A stretch of 64,000 nt of DNA from positions 6,076,001 through 6,140,000 of the forward strand of contig JBHGNT010000015.1 in the NCBI GenBank assembly GCA_043228905.1, read 5' to 3'. The notes below the pieces were generated by a model, which saw only the letters and a list, made by a program, of their open reading frames with translations, was not told where the DNA came from and made no database searches. The position numbers were made by a program, and so were the translations under genes. Positions 51,501-62,900 of this stretch are shown one piece after another. Each line of letters begins with the position of its first letter. Position 1 is the first letter of the stretch. The stretch is from Azolla caroliniana (taxonomy: Eukaryota; Plantae; Polypodiophyta).

Positions 51501-52271
51501 CTGGCGCAATCGGTGGATAGCGCACAAGAAACGGCCCTTCACGTGTGCACACTCTTAATGTATATAATAGAGAATTAGGTACAGAGAGAGATCAGGGGTA
51601 GTTAGATTCGGTAGGTAGGAAGTAAATGAGGGAGACGGCTCCCTTCTTGACGCTATAAAGGAGAGGGAGATGCAGGGAGAAGGGATAGCGCATTGAGGAG
51701 GACAAAGTGCTGTCGGACCGGAACCGAACGCTTCTCCTCTGTCTGTTCTCGGTTGCCCTTCTCTGCAGGTTTCGGGAGGCTCGCGTTGCTTCGAGGAACG
51801 CCCGTGTGCTTCCGGCAGCACCTCCATCCTATTCCCATTTCGTGCGTAGACGAACAGGCATTGGCATATGTCCGCCGGCCTGTTCGGTTGTAGCCGCTCG
51901 CGTGTTCTGCTGTGTACTCTTTATTCGTTAATATACAAACACTTGTTTCTTCCTGTCTCTGTGTCCATTCGCGTCTTCTGTGTTGACGGGCCACGCCCCT
52001 GTGTTTGTTTGCTCATATGTGACCGGGCGTCTCTCTCCTTCTCTTTCCCCTTCTATCACCTGCTCTTCGGTTCAAGACCCCGGTGGTCCCACCTCCTTTC
52101 TCCACGCACGCGCGTAACAACGCGACATCGTGGACAGTTACTCTTAGTGCGTGTACCATTTCATATCATTTACACTTCCTAACGCATCCATCATTACTAT
52201 GCTACGGTTATCCATTAATCCGACTTTGTACTTCATCTTGTTTCCTAGTAGTCTGACTGTGGCGGACAACA
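48597..52271 (-). mobile_element. Internally deleted relative of the 9.8-kb non-chromovirus Gypsy
   Basis: 5' LTR 51128-52271 (split by a solo LTR); PBS TGGCACACCCGGTG (51110-51123); gag (IIEFGLTLDGRTACWH; QAIQCTICLNSGH); RT/RH fragment (VFLNDFAVY, FVDASDIAI); eORF tail (NILDIFYEE*); 3' LTR stub 48597-48654. Confidence 0.85.
51480..52127 (+). mobile_element. Solo LTR, Trp-primed group
   Basis: TGTCGTGAAG...CGCGTAACAACGCGACA; flanks GCGT and TCGT; caagaccccggtggtccc box. Confidence 0.8.
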
Positions 52272-52357
52272 TTCCCGCTCTTGTCCGAATCAGTTGTCTC
52301 CGATTCATTTTCAATTCAGCCCTTGGTTACCTTTGCCCAAGTCTTGGCCTTTCTCTC
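52272..52357 (-). mobile_element. Fragment of the Copia B 3' extension region
   Basis: Homologous to 37175-37265 (gctcttgtccga..tcttggcctt). Confidence 0.7.
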
Positions 52358-52934
52358 TGTTGAGATACAAGCTCAACATTGGCCGGATCAGTTGGGACCG
52401 ATCGGTTAGGCCGGACTGGTGCGTAAACCGGTGCGCAAACCGGTGCGCAACAAGAAGCCATAGTGGTGCGTAAACCGCGAGGCCGCTAGAAAGATATTCC
52501 ATGTAGGAATATATTTTGGGAGTTAGTGTAGAGCTCATTTATGAGCATTGAAGTACGTGTCAGTACTTGTGTCAGTTCGTATGGACTTGTATAAAAGTGC
52601 TCATTGAGCACATCCTATGTACAGATTGAGTATTATTATTTTGAATAGAGTTGTGTGTATTGACCCTCTCTCCTTCTCTCTCTCTGTCTCTCCCGCGTAC
52701 TTTGTGTGTCCAACCTTTCCATTAAACCTGTGTTTTTTACTTACATTCGGTTTTCTGTTGCTTCCGCACGTTGTTCGTTTTACATGGTATCAGAGTGCAA
52801 GGGTTGAGAACCTCTGCAACCGACCTTAGCTCGAGAAGAAAACCTAACTGTCAAAAAGAACAGGAAAAACAAAATGGATAGACGCATGGCTAGCTCGCTT
52901 CCGACCGAGAAGCTCAACAGAAACAACTACGCGT
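52358..52934 (+). mobile_element. Copia B 5' end: LTR 52358-52784, iMet PBS, gag start, interrupted at 52935
   Basis: TGTTGAG...TTTTACA; PBS TGGTATCAGAG at 52785; MASSLPTEKLNRNNYA. Confidence 0.9.
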
Positions 52935-54837
52935 TGTTGCGGGAATCCGTGCTTGCATGTCGGATCCGGGCGGGACCACTAGGGTCATGGACCAGGAGGG
53001 GAAGAGTTGCCGGGGACCCGAATCCTTCGGGGCTAGCCGCGTTGCCGGCCTGTTCGATGCCGAATATTCTTCGGACGCGACCGATAACCACCTAGGAAGC
53101 GAGAGGGCGTGGCGTGCCCTTGTCCTTGCTGCCCCTTTCGCTGGTATGTACAAGGGGCCCAAAAGACGCACGGGACACGACCCGGTTATCCGCGCCCGCA
53201 CACATGCACACACACATATACACACCCGGTTACATCCGGCACCTCTACACTGGCGACCACACACGCACACACTCCCAGACCCTACGTTAACCAGAGACAC
53301 ACACACACACCTACACACGCAACGCTTGCTGCGATGCCACTTCCACGCGGAGAGGAAGAGGGAGCCTGCATCCTAGGGCCAGTCGGGGAGCTCTCGATCT
53401 TGTTCTCGCAATGGGACCCTCGTGCAAGGCCCGCCTCTTCCAGAGCAACCACCTCCTGCGCAAAGCCGCCTTTAGGGAGTGCATGGGCTTGCTGAACTGA
53501 GTGGGGTCTTGCGCGCTAAGAAGGGAGACCTGCCTACGAACCACCTAGCGCGGGCTCCACATAAGCGACAGAAGCTAGCACCTACACACACACTCGCAGA
53601 CATGCCGGACCGCGTAGTGTTGAGAGCCAATGAGCAGGAACTCAGGGAAAGCATAGATAATCCGCACGCCGCCTGCCACAACAGAACACACCACCTACGC
53701 ACACACACAGAAGACACTAAAACCCTAACAGAAAATAGAGACAAGGCACCCCTACACCAAGATGAAAAGAAGACAAAGTATATATATGAAAAGGGGGATA
53801 CAACCCCGCTCCGAGCCGGCATCACTCGAAATAAGAAGAAGAACTTAACCCTAACAAAGCTTGGCCGCCATGGCTGCGACCCCCCACTTCTCAAGAAGGA
53901 GGAGGAGAAGAAGAAGACTACCAAGAAGTTACTAACCCTAGAAAATTCTTAACAATGTGACCCTAAAAAAAAAAGGCATACCCTTATGACTCAAAATGGG
54001 CAACCCTTTAACAAAGGGCGCTCCCTTCCTTTTATAGAACAAGGAGAGGGATGCGTTACAATGTGGCATAAATCCTTTATTACAAGGCATCCTCTGTCCT
54101 GAACTAACTACTGTCCGGCGCCATGATGGCACCCCTATCATTTACACGATTTGTACAAGGGTGAGTGCACATGCTCCACCCCGCCGATTCTTCCGATATT
54201 CCCTGGTTTTTTACCATGGCCCAAAATCTTCACAACATCCTCCCTCACCAAACCGCACGTCCACCGGTACGTGCCAAGTTCGGAGAAGCGTGAGATATTC
54301 TAGCCGGTGAGGAATCGGTCTTCCATAATCCGCATTCTGGCTGCTGCCTTGGCCTCGTCGGCTCCGGTTCCTTCTCCGCATTTTCCTCGTCGTACACTTG
54401 TTCGACCCGTCGATAGGTCATTCACCACAATCTCGTAGTGCGCTTGCTTCCCCGTTGGCCCTTCTTTTGACCGCAATGACGCCTCTCGTTCCCTTGGTTA
54501 CGCGGTATCCTCTGTCCCGAGGAGCAACAGTGATGGCCCGCTTGGCCTCCGTTGACCTTCGCATTGTCCCGGTTCTCGTCCCGCGCTGATCTCCATCGTT
54601 TTCGTTCCCTCGCCGCCACCTACCTTCTCCTTGGTCTTACGCTGCCAGGACGACCGAACTGCCAAGGTCTCCGAAACCAGTGTGGAGGATCCCTCTCTGG
54701 CCTTCTACGCGAGATCACTTGAATTGGGAACCTATCTCCCCGCCGGTGTTCCTGCTCCGGCACCTCCGTGTGCCGCGCATTCCCCTTTCCATGTTCGGCT
54801 TTGCTCGTGCCAAACCCCGGTTTCCTCCTATGCACGT

Positions 54838-55546
54838 TGTCGTGAAGATTTCCGGCTATAGTGTGAAACCGGGGTGGAATAGGACAAGTCGGTGGTGTGC
54901 AACATGTGCACATGTATAGTAGGGAACGATGTAAAGAATAAAAGGGGGAGTATATTTCCCACATTGTAATGCCCTCCCTCCTTGGTCTATAAAAGGAGGG
55001 AGGGGTCCCTTGTTGAGGGTTTGTCCATTTTGAGTTAGGAGGGTATACCGTTAGAGTTAGGGTTAGGTAGTTTCTCTTATTCTTGCTTCGTTCTAGGGTT
55101 TCTTTTTGGGAGTTTCTTTCTTTCTTCTTCTTCGTGGTGGCGTGGGTCGAGAGTTCGTGTCTGTTTAGGGTTTACTTCTGCTCGGTCGCCTGTGCAAGAC
55201 CCCGCTCGGCACGAAGAGCCCGAGAGCTCCCCGATCGGCGGCTTGGCACTAGACTGCTGTTGTAACCTACCCTACCTTGGTCCGGGTCGAAGCCGGGGTT
55301 GTATCTTTCTCTTGAGGCATGTGTTGAGTTGGTGACGTGCGTGTGTCCTCTCTTTCTCTCTCTCTCTCTCTCTCCCCTCTCTCGTGTTCGGTAGCCGCCG
55401 GTACGCATTCAGAATTGCTCCGGTTTGCGCCACAACCAGTGCAGCCGGGACTGGAGAGAAGTCGGCTTCTTGACACCCATCACTTCCTCGTCCGAGACCC
55501 CCGTGGTCCCGCCCCTTTCGACACACACTCGCAGATTACTGCGACA
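54838..55546 (+). mobile_element. Solo LTR, Trp-primed group, TSD ACGT/ACGC
   Basis: TGTCGTGAAG...TGCGACA; host sequence is continuous across the insertion by comparison with 57091-57135. Confidence 0.87.
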
Positions 55547-55948
55547 ACGCGTCATCGGCCCTCACCCGGCCAGATCGAGCATCGCCGCATCTCCGCATAC
55601 TAGTGTCCTGCACATCCGAGAAAAACCCCGTAGTAGCCCGCTTGGCCACTTTCGTCTTGCATTGCTGCCACCGGTTTGGAGCCTTCTGCTTGCCATCGTC
55701 CCCTCGCCCCCACCATCTTGTTATCTCGGTTTTGGCCCGCCACACCAGTCGTTGCCACTCTGACTGAGCCGCTGAGATCTCCGAAGCAGGCGTTGTTACG
55801 CGCGTGCGTGGGGAAAGGCGGGACAATGGGGGTCTTGGACTAGGGAGCGACGGAGCGTAGGAAGTCGTGCTTCATTGTTTCCGGGGCATCCCAGAAGCAC
55901 ACCGGAAGCAACCGAAGGGAGCGAGAGAGAGCGTGCTTAACACCGACG

Positions 55949-55979
<31 letters not shown>

Positions 55980-57750
55980 CCAACCCGACTCACGCCTTAT
56001 GTACGGAAAACGCAGGAAAGGGTAGGCACTCGACGCCAACAACGATGTGAATATACACAGGCAAACGTATATATATATATATACACATAAAGGAAAGAAT
56101 ACATTCCCCGTGTTGAGCCGGACTGAGGTAGGTTACAGTAGTCGTCTGCTGTCAAGCCACCGTCGGGGAGCTCTCAGCTCGTCGCGCCAAGCGGGGTCTT
56201 GCACAGGAGGCCCAACCAAAGCAAACCCTAAGCAAAACACGAAGAAGGAGAAGAAGAAGAACCTAACTCTAAACCTAACGGTATACCCTCTAATGCAAAA
56301 TGGGCAACCCTTACACAAAGGGCGTTCCCTTCCTTTTATAGAACAAGGAAGGGGATGCGTTACAATGTGGGACAATCCTGACTTACATGGGATCGTCAGT
56401 CGCCGACTTGACTACTCTTCGGCGCCATAAAGGAGCCCTTGATATTCACACTAAATGTACACGGGTGCGTACACACGCAGCACCCCGCCGATGTAGCTAA
56501 TGTTTCCCCGTTTTCGCCTCTGGTCGAAATTCTTCACGACATCCGCCCCCACCTAACTGCACGTCCACCGGTACGTGCCAAATCTGGTTGAAGGGTGAGA
56601 GATTTCGGCCAGTGAGAAACCGGTCTCCCGTGATCCGCATCTCGGCTCGCTGCCGGTTTGATCCGTCGGCTCCGAGTCTTCCTTCGCGCACGCCTCCCCG
56701 TAGGCTCATTCGACCCGCCGATGGGTCCTCTGCCGCAATCTTCGTAGTACTCACACTTCCGTTGGCCCTCGCTCGGCCGTATAAACACCCCGCTCGAGGC
56801 ATGCCCGTAGTGGCCCGCTTGGCCTCCGTTGATCATTCGCGTCGTCCTGATTGTCGTCCCATGTCGTTTCGCGTTGCCCTCATCCTCTCGCCGCCACCTT
56901 CCTTCTCCATGGTCTTACGTCGCCGCGTCGGCTCGAACCGCCATGGTCTCCGGAACGGTGTGGAGGGTCCCTTCCCCGTGCTACCTCCGAACCGCGCAAC
57001 CTATCTCCGCGCTTGCCTTTCCGCTTCGGCACCTCCGTGTGCCATGTTCCCTCGCCCGTTGTTTGGCACCGCCCGTGTCACACTCCATTTTATTGCACGT
57101 CTCGTCGGCCCCCTTTTTGGCCAGATCGTGCATCGTCGTTTACCCTCATACCGGTGTCCTTTGCATCCGACGAACACCTCGTAGTAGCCCGCTTGGCCCT
57201 TCCCGTCTTCGTGCTGCTAGGATAAGTCATGAGTCTTCCGCTTGCCGTCGTCCCCTCGCCCCCACCAGCTTGTCACCCCGGGCTTGCCGTGTCAGTCTTC
57301 GCTACTTCAACGGAGCCACCGAGATCTACGAAACGAATGTGGAGAATCCTCCTCCGGCCTCTCTTGCCATTCCCTAACTCCGACCTTGTGCAGTCCACTA
57401 GGCACTTGGTCACCTCGTTCCCGGCACCTCCCTTGTGTCGTCGGGTCCTGTTCCCTGCCGCCACCGTCCTTCTCCCTCGGTCTTACGTTGCCACGTTGGC
57501 TGAACAGCCAGTGTCTCCGGATCGGTGTGAGGGTCCCATAGGACCGGACTCCGTTTCGATGCTTGCCGAAACTCGGGTGTCTTTGTTTGAGTCCCTCCCG
57601 GACTCTCCTCGTGTCTTCCGCGTAGTCGGGTCCCGTTTCCCGCCGTCACCTTCCTTCTCCCTCGGTCTTATGTTGCCACGTTGGCCGAACAGCCGGAGTC
57701 TCTGGTTGGTGTGGGGATCCTGTAGGACCGGACTTCCTTACGCCCATAGC

Positions 57751-58090
57751 CTTCGTCACCTCGCCGCCACCGTCAGTATCTTGGTCTTATGTCGACCGCG
57801 TTGCCGACTGCCGAAGTCTCTAGAACCAGTGTGGAGATCCTCCGTAGGCCGCCGATCCGTAGCCCTTGCCTTCGTCACCTCGCCGCCATCGTCAGTATCT
57901 TGGTCTTATGTCGACCACATTGCCGACTGCCGAAGTCTCTAGAACCGGTGTGGAGGATCCTTCGTAGGCCGCCGATCCGTAGCCCTTGCCTTCATCACCT
58001 CGCCGCCACCGTCAGTATCTTGGTCTTATGTCGACCGTGTTGCCGACTGCCGAAGTCTCGAGAACCGGTGTGGAGGATCCTCCGTATGCC
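57751..58090. repeat. Tandem repeat, ~120-bp unit, three copies, inside T2
   Basis: cacctcgccgcca.cgtcagtatcttggtcttatgtcgacc..gccgaagtctc.agaacc.gtgtggag at about 57755, 57875 and 57995. Confidence 0.9.
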
Positions 58091-58723
58091 GCCCATTTGT
58101 ATTCCCGACCCTGTCCCGGGTCGTCCTTTTCCGCATGCCGAGAGGGTGGTTTACTCCGCACCCTCTCCCGTGGTACCGACGTACCGTGTCCTCGGCCTCT
58201 TCGTAGGCCTGCTCTCTTCCTCCCTCCCGGAATGGTCATCCAGGAGTCCGCTCCGCCCGGTTCTCATCCGGGTCCGTTTGTCCTTCTCCGGATTGCCGAG
58301 TCCCGTTCTCCTGTCGCCACCGTCTTCTCTTATAGGACTCACGCCGGCACTCGGGACTGCAGCCGGATCGGTGTAAGGAATCCCATAGGACCGGCTTCAT
58401 TCTCTTTCCAAATCTCGACCTTCGCCCGGTCGGTCTTTCTCCCCATGTAAAAGAGGGCGGCTCGTCCCGCACCCTCTCCCGTATCGGCACCTTTATGCTG
58501 AGTTCGGCCCCGATCGAACAATCCACGACCGGATTACGCTCGTTCCGTATCGGAATGCCGATCTCATCGTGCCATGTCCGTCCCTGGCCTTCTCGCAGGC
58601 CGTTTCCCATCCGTCTTCGTTGGCATCGTGCCAGGACTCCTCGGTACCGCTATCCATCTCCTCGGTCTTACATGGGCATACGGGCCCGAATGCCGAGCTC
58701 TCCGGAATTGGGTCCGTGGGCTT

Positions 58724-59932
58724 TCATCCGCTCCTTCCCCGTATCGTCTCGCCGGTGATTCTTGGCCCTTCGCCGCCGCCTTCCTCCGCTTGGGACTCAC
58801 GTGGGCACTCGGGCCCGACTGCCATCGTCTTGGGAGCAAGTGTGGGAAGACACAAGGAATTGCCCGTCCGTTTTAAGCCCTTGTCCGTAGCCACCGGCTC
58901 TCCGTGGTCGGTGGTCGACTTCTTACCGATCGCGCAAGCCCCGTCTGGGCTTGCTTCTTCAATGACCGGGATCTCGGGCTGACACACCCGAAACCGCTGG
59001 TCCCAATGTTCCGGTTCCGCGATCTGTATCTCGGCCTCGTCCTTGGTCGTTCTCTCTCCGCAAGTCGAGAGGGCGTTTCGTTCCGCACCCTCTCCCATGG
59101 TACCGTCATACCGATCTTCCGCCGTCACATGGGGCAAGTCCGTCTCCTCGGTCTCGGCTTCCGGCCTCGATCTTCCTTCTTCCTCGAGCATCGCTTTGAG
59201 AGCTTCGTACGCCTCCGCAATCCTGGCCCTAACGCCGACCCTTGCAAACTCTTTTTGCCGTTCGGCCTCTTCCCGCTGTGATGGCACGCCGTCGCGTCCC
59301 TTCCTCTTAGCCCTCTCAGCTCGCTCATCATCTAGCCGTTGGCACACCCTTCCGACCTTCGACAAGTCTTCCGTAAGCCCATTCGCTCCATCATCGTCTT
59401 CGAGGTCAATCCTGATGGCTTCCCGTTCCGCTCGGTCGATCGACCTGACGAACAAAAGGACTTTGTCCGCCCCCACCAAACCTTGTTCCCGCTCCGGGAG
59501 CCGAGCAAGTCGTCGCTCGAACTCTCGGAACGCCTTCGTCGCGCCCCGGTGGGTCTTTGCCGATGCTACCCATTGGTCGAAGTCGTGTCGTCCCCGACTC
59601 TTCCGCCGTCCTCTGTATGCCTTCAGTAGCGCCTCTTGGAAGGCCTCCCACGAACCATGAGCCTCACGGAGCTCCTTTACTTCCGCATGCATCCAAACCG
59701 CTACGACCTGACAGAAGAACTCCAGCCTCAACGCCTCGTCTACGCCACGCCCCTCCATTTCCGCGTCGAAGGCTTCCAAGTAAGATGGGACTTTGTCCTC
59801 GTTGAAACGGCCGACTCTTTCGACCACTCTCTCAACCGCTTGTTGCGCTGCTTCTCGCCTCATCACCACTTGTGCCGACTCCAACACCACTTCGGCCACC
59901 ATCTCCGCAAGGTCGTCGTCTTCCGACTCCAT
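58724..59932 (-). CDS. Gag-like protein of T2 (402 aa)
   Basis: ORF starts about 15 nt after the PBS; retrotransposon gag-like helical region (GRFNEDKVPSYLEAF..SWEAFQEALLKAY..KVLLFVRS); acidic tail. Confidence 0.75.
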   Translation of the reverse strand: MESEDDDLAEMVAEVVLESAQVVMRREAAQQAVERVVERVGRFNEDKVPSYLEAFDAEMEGRGVDEALRLEFFCQVVAVWMHAEVKELREAHGSWEAFQEALLKAYRGRRKSRGRHDFDQWVASAKTHRGATKAFREFERRLARLPEREQGLVGADKVLLFVRSIDRAEREAIRIDLEDDDGANGLTEDLSKVGRVCQRLDDERAERAKRKGRDGVPSQREEAERQKEFARVGVRARIAEAYEALKAMLEEEGRSRPEAETEETDLPHVTAEDRYDGTMGEGAERNALSTCGERTTKDEAEIQIAEPEHWDQRFRVCQPEIPVIEEASPDGACAIGKKSTTDHGEPVATDKGLKRTGNSLCLPTLAPKTMAVGPECPRESQAEEGGGEGPRITGETIRGRSG

Positions 59933-62900
59933 CCTCCCTTGCCGCCCTTCACATCGGGTTCACCAAATATGTCGCGTTGTTACGCGCGTGCGTGGGGAAA
60001 GGCGGGACCACGGGGGTCTTGGACTAGGGAGCTACGGAGCGTAGGGAGTCGTGCTTCACTGTTTCTGGGGCATCCCAAAAGCACACCGGAAGCAACCGAA
60101 GGGAGAGAGAGAGAGCGTGCTTAACATCGACCCACGCACACACACACACACACGCACGCACACACACACCCAACCCAACTCACGCCTTATGTACGGAGAA
60201 CGCAGTAAAGGGTAGGCACCCGACGCCAACAACGACGCGAATATACACAGACAAACGTATATATATATATATATATACACATAAAGGAAAGAATACATTC
60301 CCGGCGTCGAGCTGGACTAAGGTAGGTTACAGTAGTCGTCTGCTATCAAGCCGCCGTCGGGGAGCTCTCAGCTCATCACGCCGAGCGGGGTCTTGCACAG
60401 GAGGCCGATCCAAAGCAAACCCTAAGCAAAACACGAAGAAGGAGAAGAAGAAGAACCTAACTCTAAACCTAACGGTATACCCTCTAATGCAAAATGGGCA
60501 ACCCTTACACAAAGGGCGTTCCCTTCCTTTTATAGAACAAGGAAGGGGATGCGTTACAATGTGGGACAATCCCGACTTACATGGGATCGTCAGTCGCCGA
60601 CTTGACTACTCTTCGGCGCCATAAAGGCGCCCTCGATATTCACACTAAATGTACACGGGTGCGTACACATGCAACACCCCGCCGATGTAGCCAATGTTTC
60701 CCGGTTTCCGCCTTTGGCCGAAATTCTTCACGACAGCGTGGAGGATCCTTCTTCGACCCTTGATCTTCTTTCCGGTCCCCATCCCGCGTAGTCTGTTTAC
60801 ACGCACGCGTGTTCTCGTTCCTGGAACCTCTGTGTGCCGTCTTCCGCCTTCCTTGTTCGGCACCGCCTGTGCTGAACACCGTCTCGTACTCGTGCTTTGC
60901 TTTGCCTTTGACAACCACACACACGTCTTCCATTCTGCTTTCGGGTGTGCCATTTCCGGCTCAGCACACCGCTCCTTAACAGGGTGTTCCCGACAACTTA
61001 CCGGAAGATCACCCTTGCCGCGTCCAGGCCCGCATGGCCTCCTTCATTCACGTAACGCCTTGGCTGGTTGGTGCTTCAGCTGTTGCTGCCTTCGTCCCCT
61101 TGCCTCCACCTTCCATTACCCTCGGTCTCACGTTGCCACATCGACCGAACAACCGGAGTCTCCGGGTAGGTGTGAAGGATTCTTCTCGGGCCTCCGTTTT
61201 GTTGGGTCACTGACTCTCGTACCAAGCGCGTCCAATCTTAGTCTTGCCGACTCTACCGGTCGGGTCCATATCCGGTTGGTGGCCGCCTCGCCGGCCTCAT
61301 ACCTCTTTTCCCTCTGCTTTCCGTCATCCAATCACGTTCTCTTGCGGCCACCGTCCTTCTCTCGAGGTCTCACGCCGGCTCTCGTCGTCGGTTGCCGAAG
61401 TCTCCGGATCAGTGTGAGTGTCTTCGTGCGACCTCCCCCTTGCCATTTTTGGTTGCCTGCCTTGCCGCCGCCACCATTCTTCTCTCTAGGTCTCATGCCG
61501 GCTCTCGTCGCCGGCTGCTGGATTGTCTAGAACCGGTGTGTGTAAGGTCGCAGCAACACTGCTTGCCGTTTTCCTCTCGCTGTAGTCCCAACCTCCGCGT
61601 CGGCCTCATCTACTGGCCCATTCACCTGCCGCCACCGTTTTCTCCTATAGGACTCATGCCAACCGCCAGATCGGTGTGAGGATCTCCATAGACCGCCCAT
61701 TCGCCGTCCTTTGCCTTCGTCTCCTCGCCGCCACCGTTCATCACTCTAGGTCACACGTCAGCTCTCGGGCCGACCGCCGGAGTCTCTAGAACCGGTGTGA
61801 AGGATCCTCCTTGGGCTCATCGTATATTGGACCCTTATCCCGGGTCGCCTTTCTCCGCAAGTCGAGAGGGTGGCTCGCTCCACACCCTCTCCCGTGGTAC
61901 CGACGTACCGTGTTCCCAGCCTCTCCGTAGGCCTACCCTCTCCTCCCTCCCGAATCGGTTATCCGGAAGTCCGCTCCGCCCAGTTCCCGTCCGGGTCCGT
62001 CCGTCATTCTCTGGATTGCCAGGTCCTGTTCTCCTGCAGCCACTGTAAGTATCTTGGTCTTACGTCGGATCCGATGCCGACCACCGGAGTCTCTAGCCCG
62101 GTGTGAGGTGACCCATAGGACCGGTCTTCGTTCTCCGCTTTGTCCCTTTGTACTTCTCCTGGACTTGTCATCGCTCTCCTTGCTGTGCTCCCGCCTCCAT
62201 CTTCCATCTCTTTCGGTCTCACGTTGCCACGCAGGCCGATTTGCAGAAGTCTCCTGTCAAGATATGGGGACACCGATTTCGTAACGACTCTCGACGACTC
62301 ATCCGGGGCAACCGACCCTTTCAGTGCTATCAGTGGAAAGTATCCGCTCTATGATCGATCAAGCCCTGCTTGGGCTTGATTCTCTAATGTCCGGAGTTTC
62401 AGCTCCGATGCCGATCCTGCCGGACTCGTTCTGTACCCTCGATCATCTTCTTCCTGATTCCCGACCTTCACCCATGCGGTCTTTCTCCCCATGTAAATGA
62501 GGGCGGTTTGTCCCGCACCCTCTCTCGTACTATCACCGTCGTGCCCCGCTTGGCCTCCGGCTCGATCACGACCGTCTCATCCACGCGCCCCTTTCCTGCT
62601 GTGATGTCGTGCCGTCACATGCTACCTTCGTTTCGCATCTGGTTGACCATGCTCTGTGAGCTGCTCGGAGCTCCTCCTCTTTATGCTCGACGGTCGAGCC
62701 TTCGGTGAAATTCGTGGGACTCTGTCCCCGTTGTAACGGTCAACTTCTACGACCTCGCCCATCTCGATGCGCCCCTTTTCAACTCTCCTTCTCGAAGTCT
62801 TCGGCCTCGAACTCCATCCTCCCTTGCCGCCCTTCACATCGGGTTCACCAAAGATGTCGCAGGAATCCACGCTTCCATGTCGGATCAGGGCGGGACCACC

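Larger units (their letters stand above)
55794..60735 (-). mobile_element. Non-autonomous gag-only element T2, Trp-primed group, 4-bp TSD GCGT
   Basis: LTRs 55794-56541 and 59978-60735 (about 94% identical over the first 200 bp); PBS TGGTGAACCCGATGTGAA (59948-59965); PPT ggtgggggcgga; GCGT at 55790-55793 and 60736-60739. Confidence 0.92.

Noticed and set aside
57751-58090. CRISPR-like repeat array
   Set aside because: Eukaryotic TE context; whole units are duplicated with no unique spacers.
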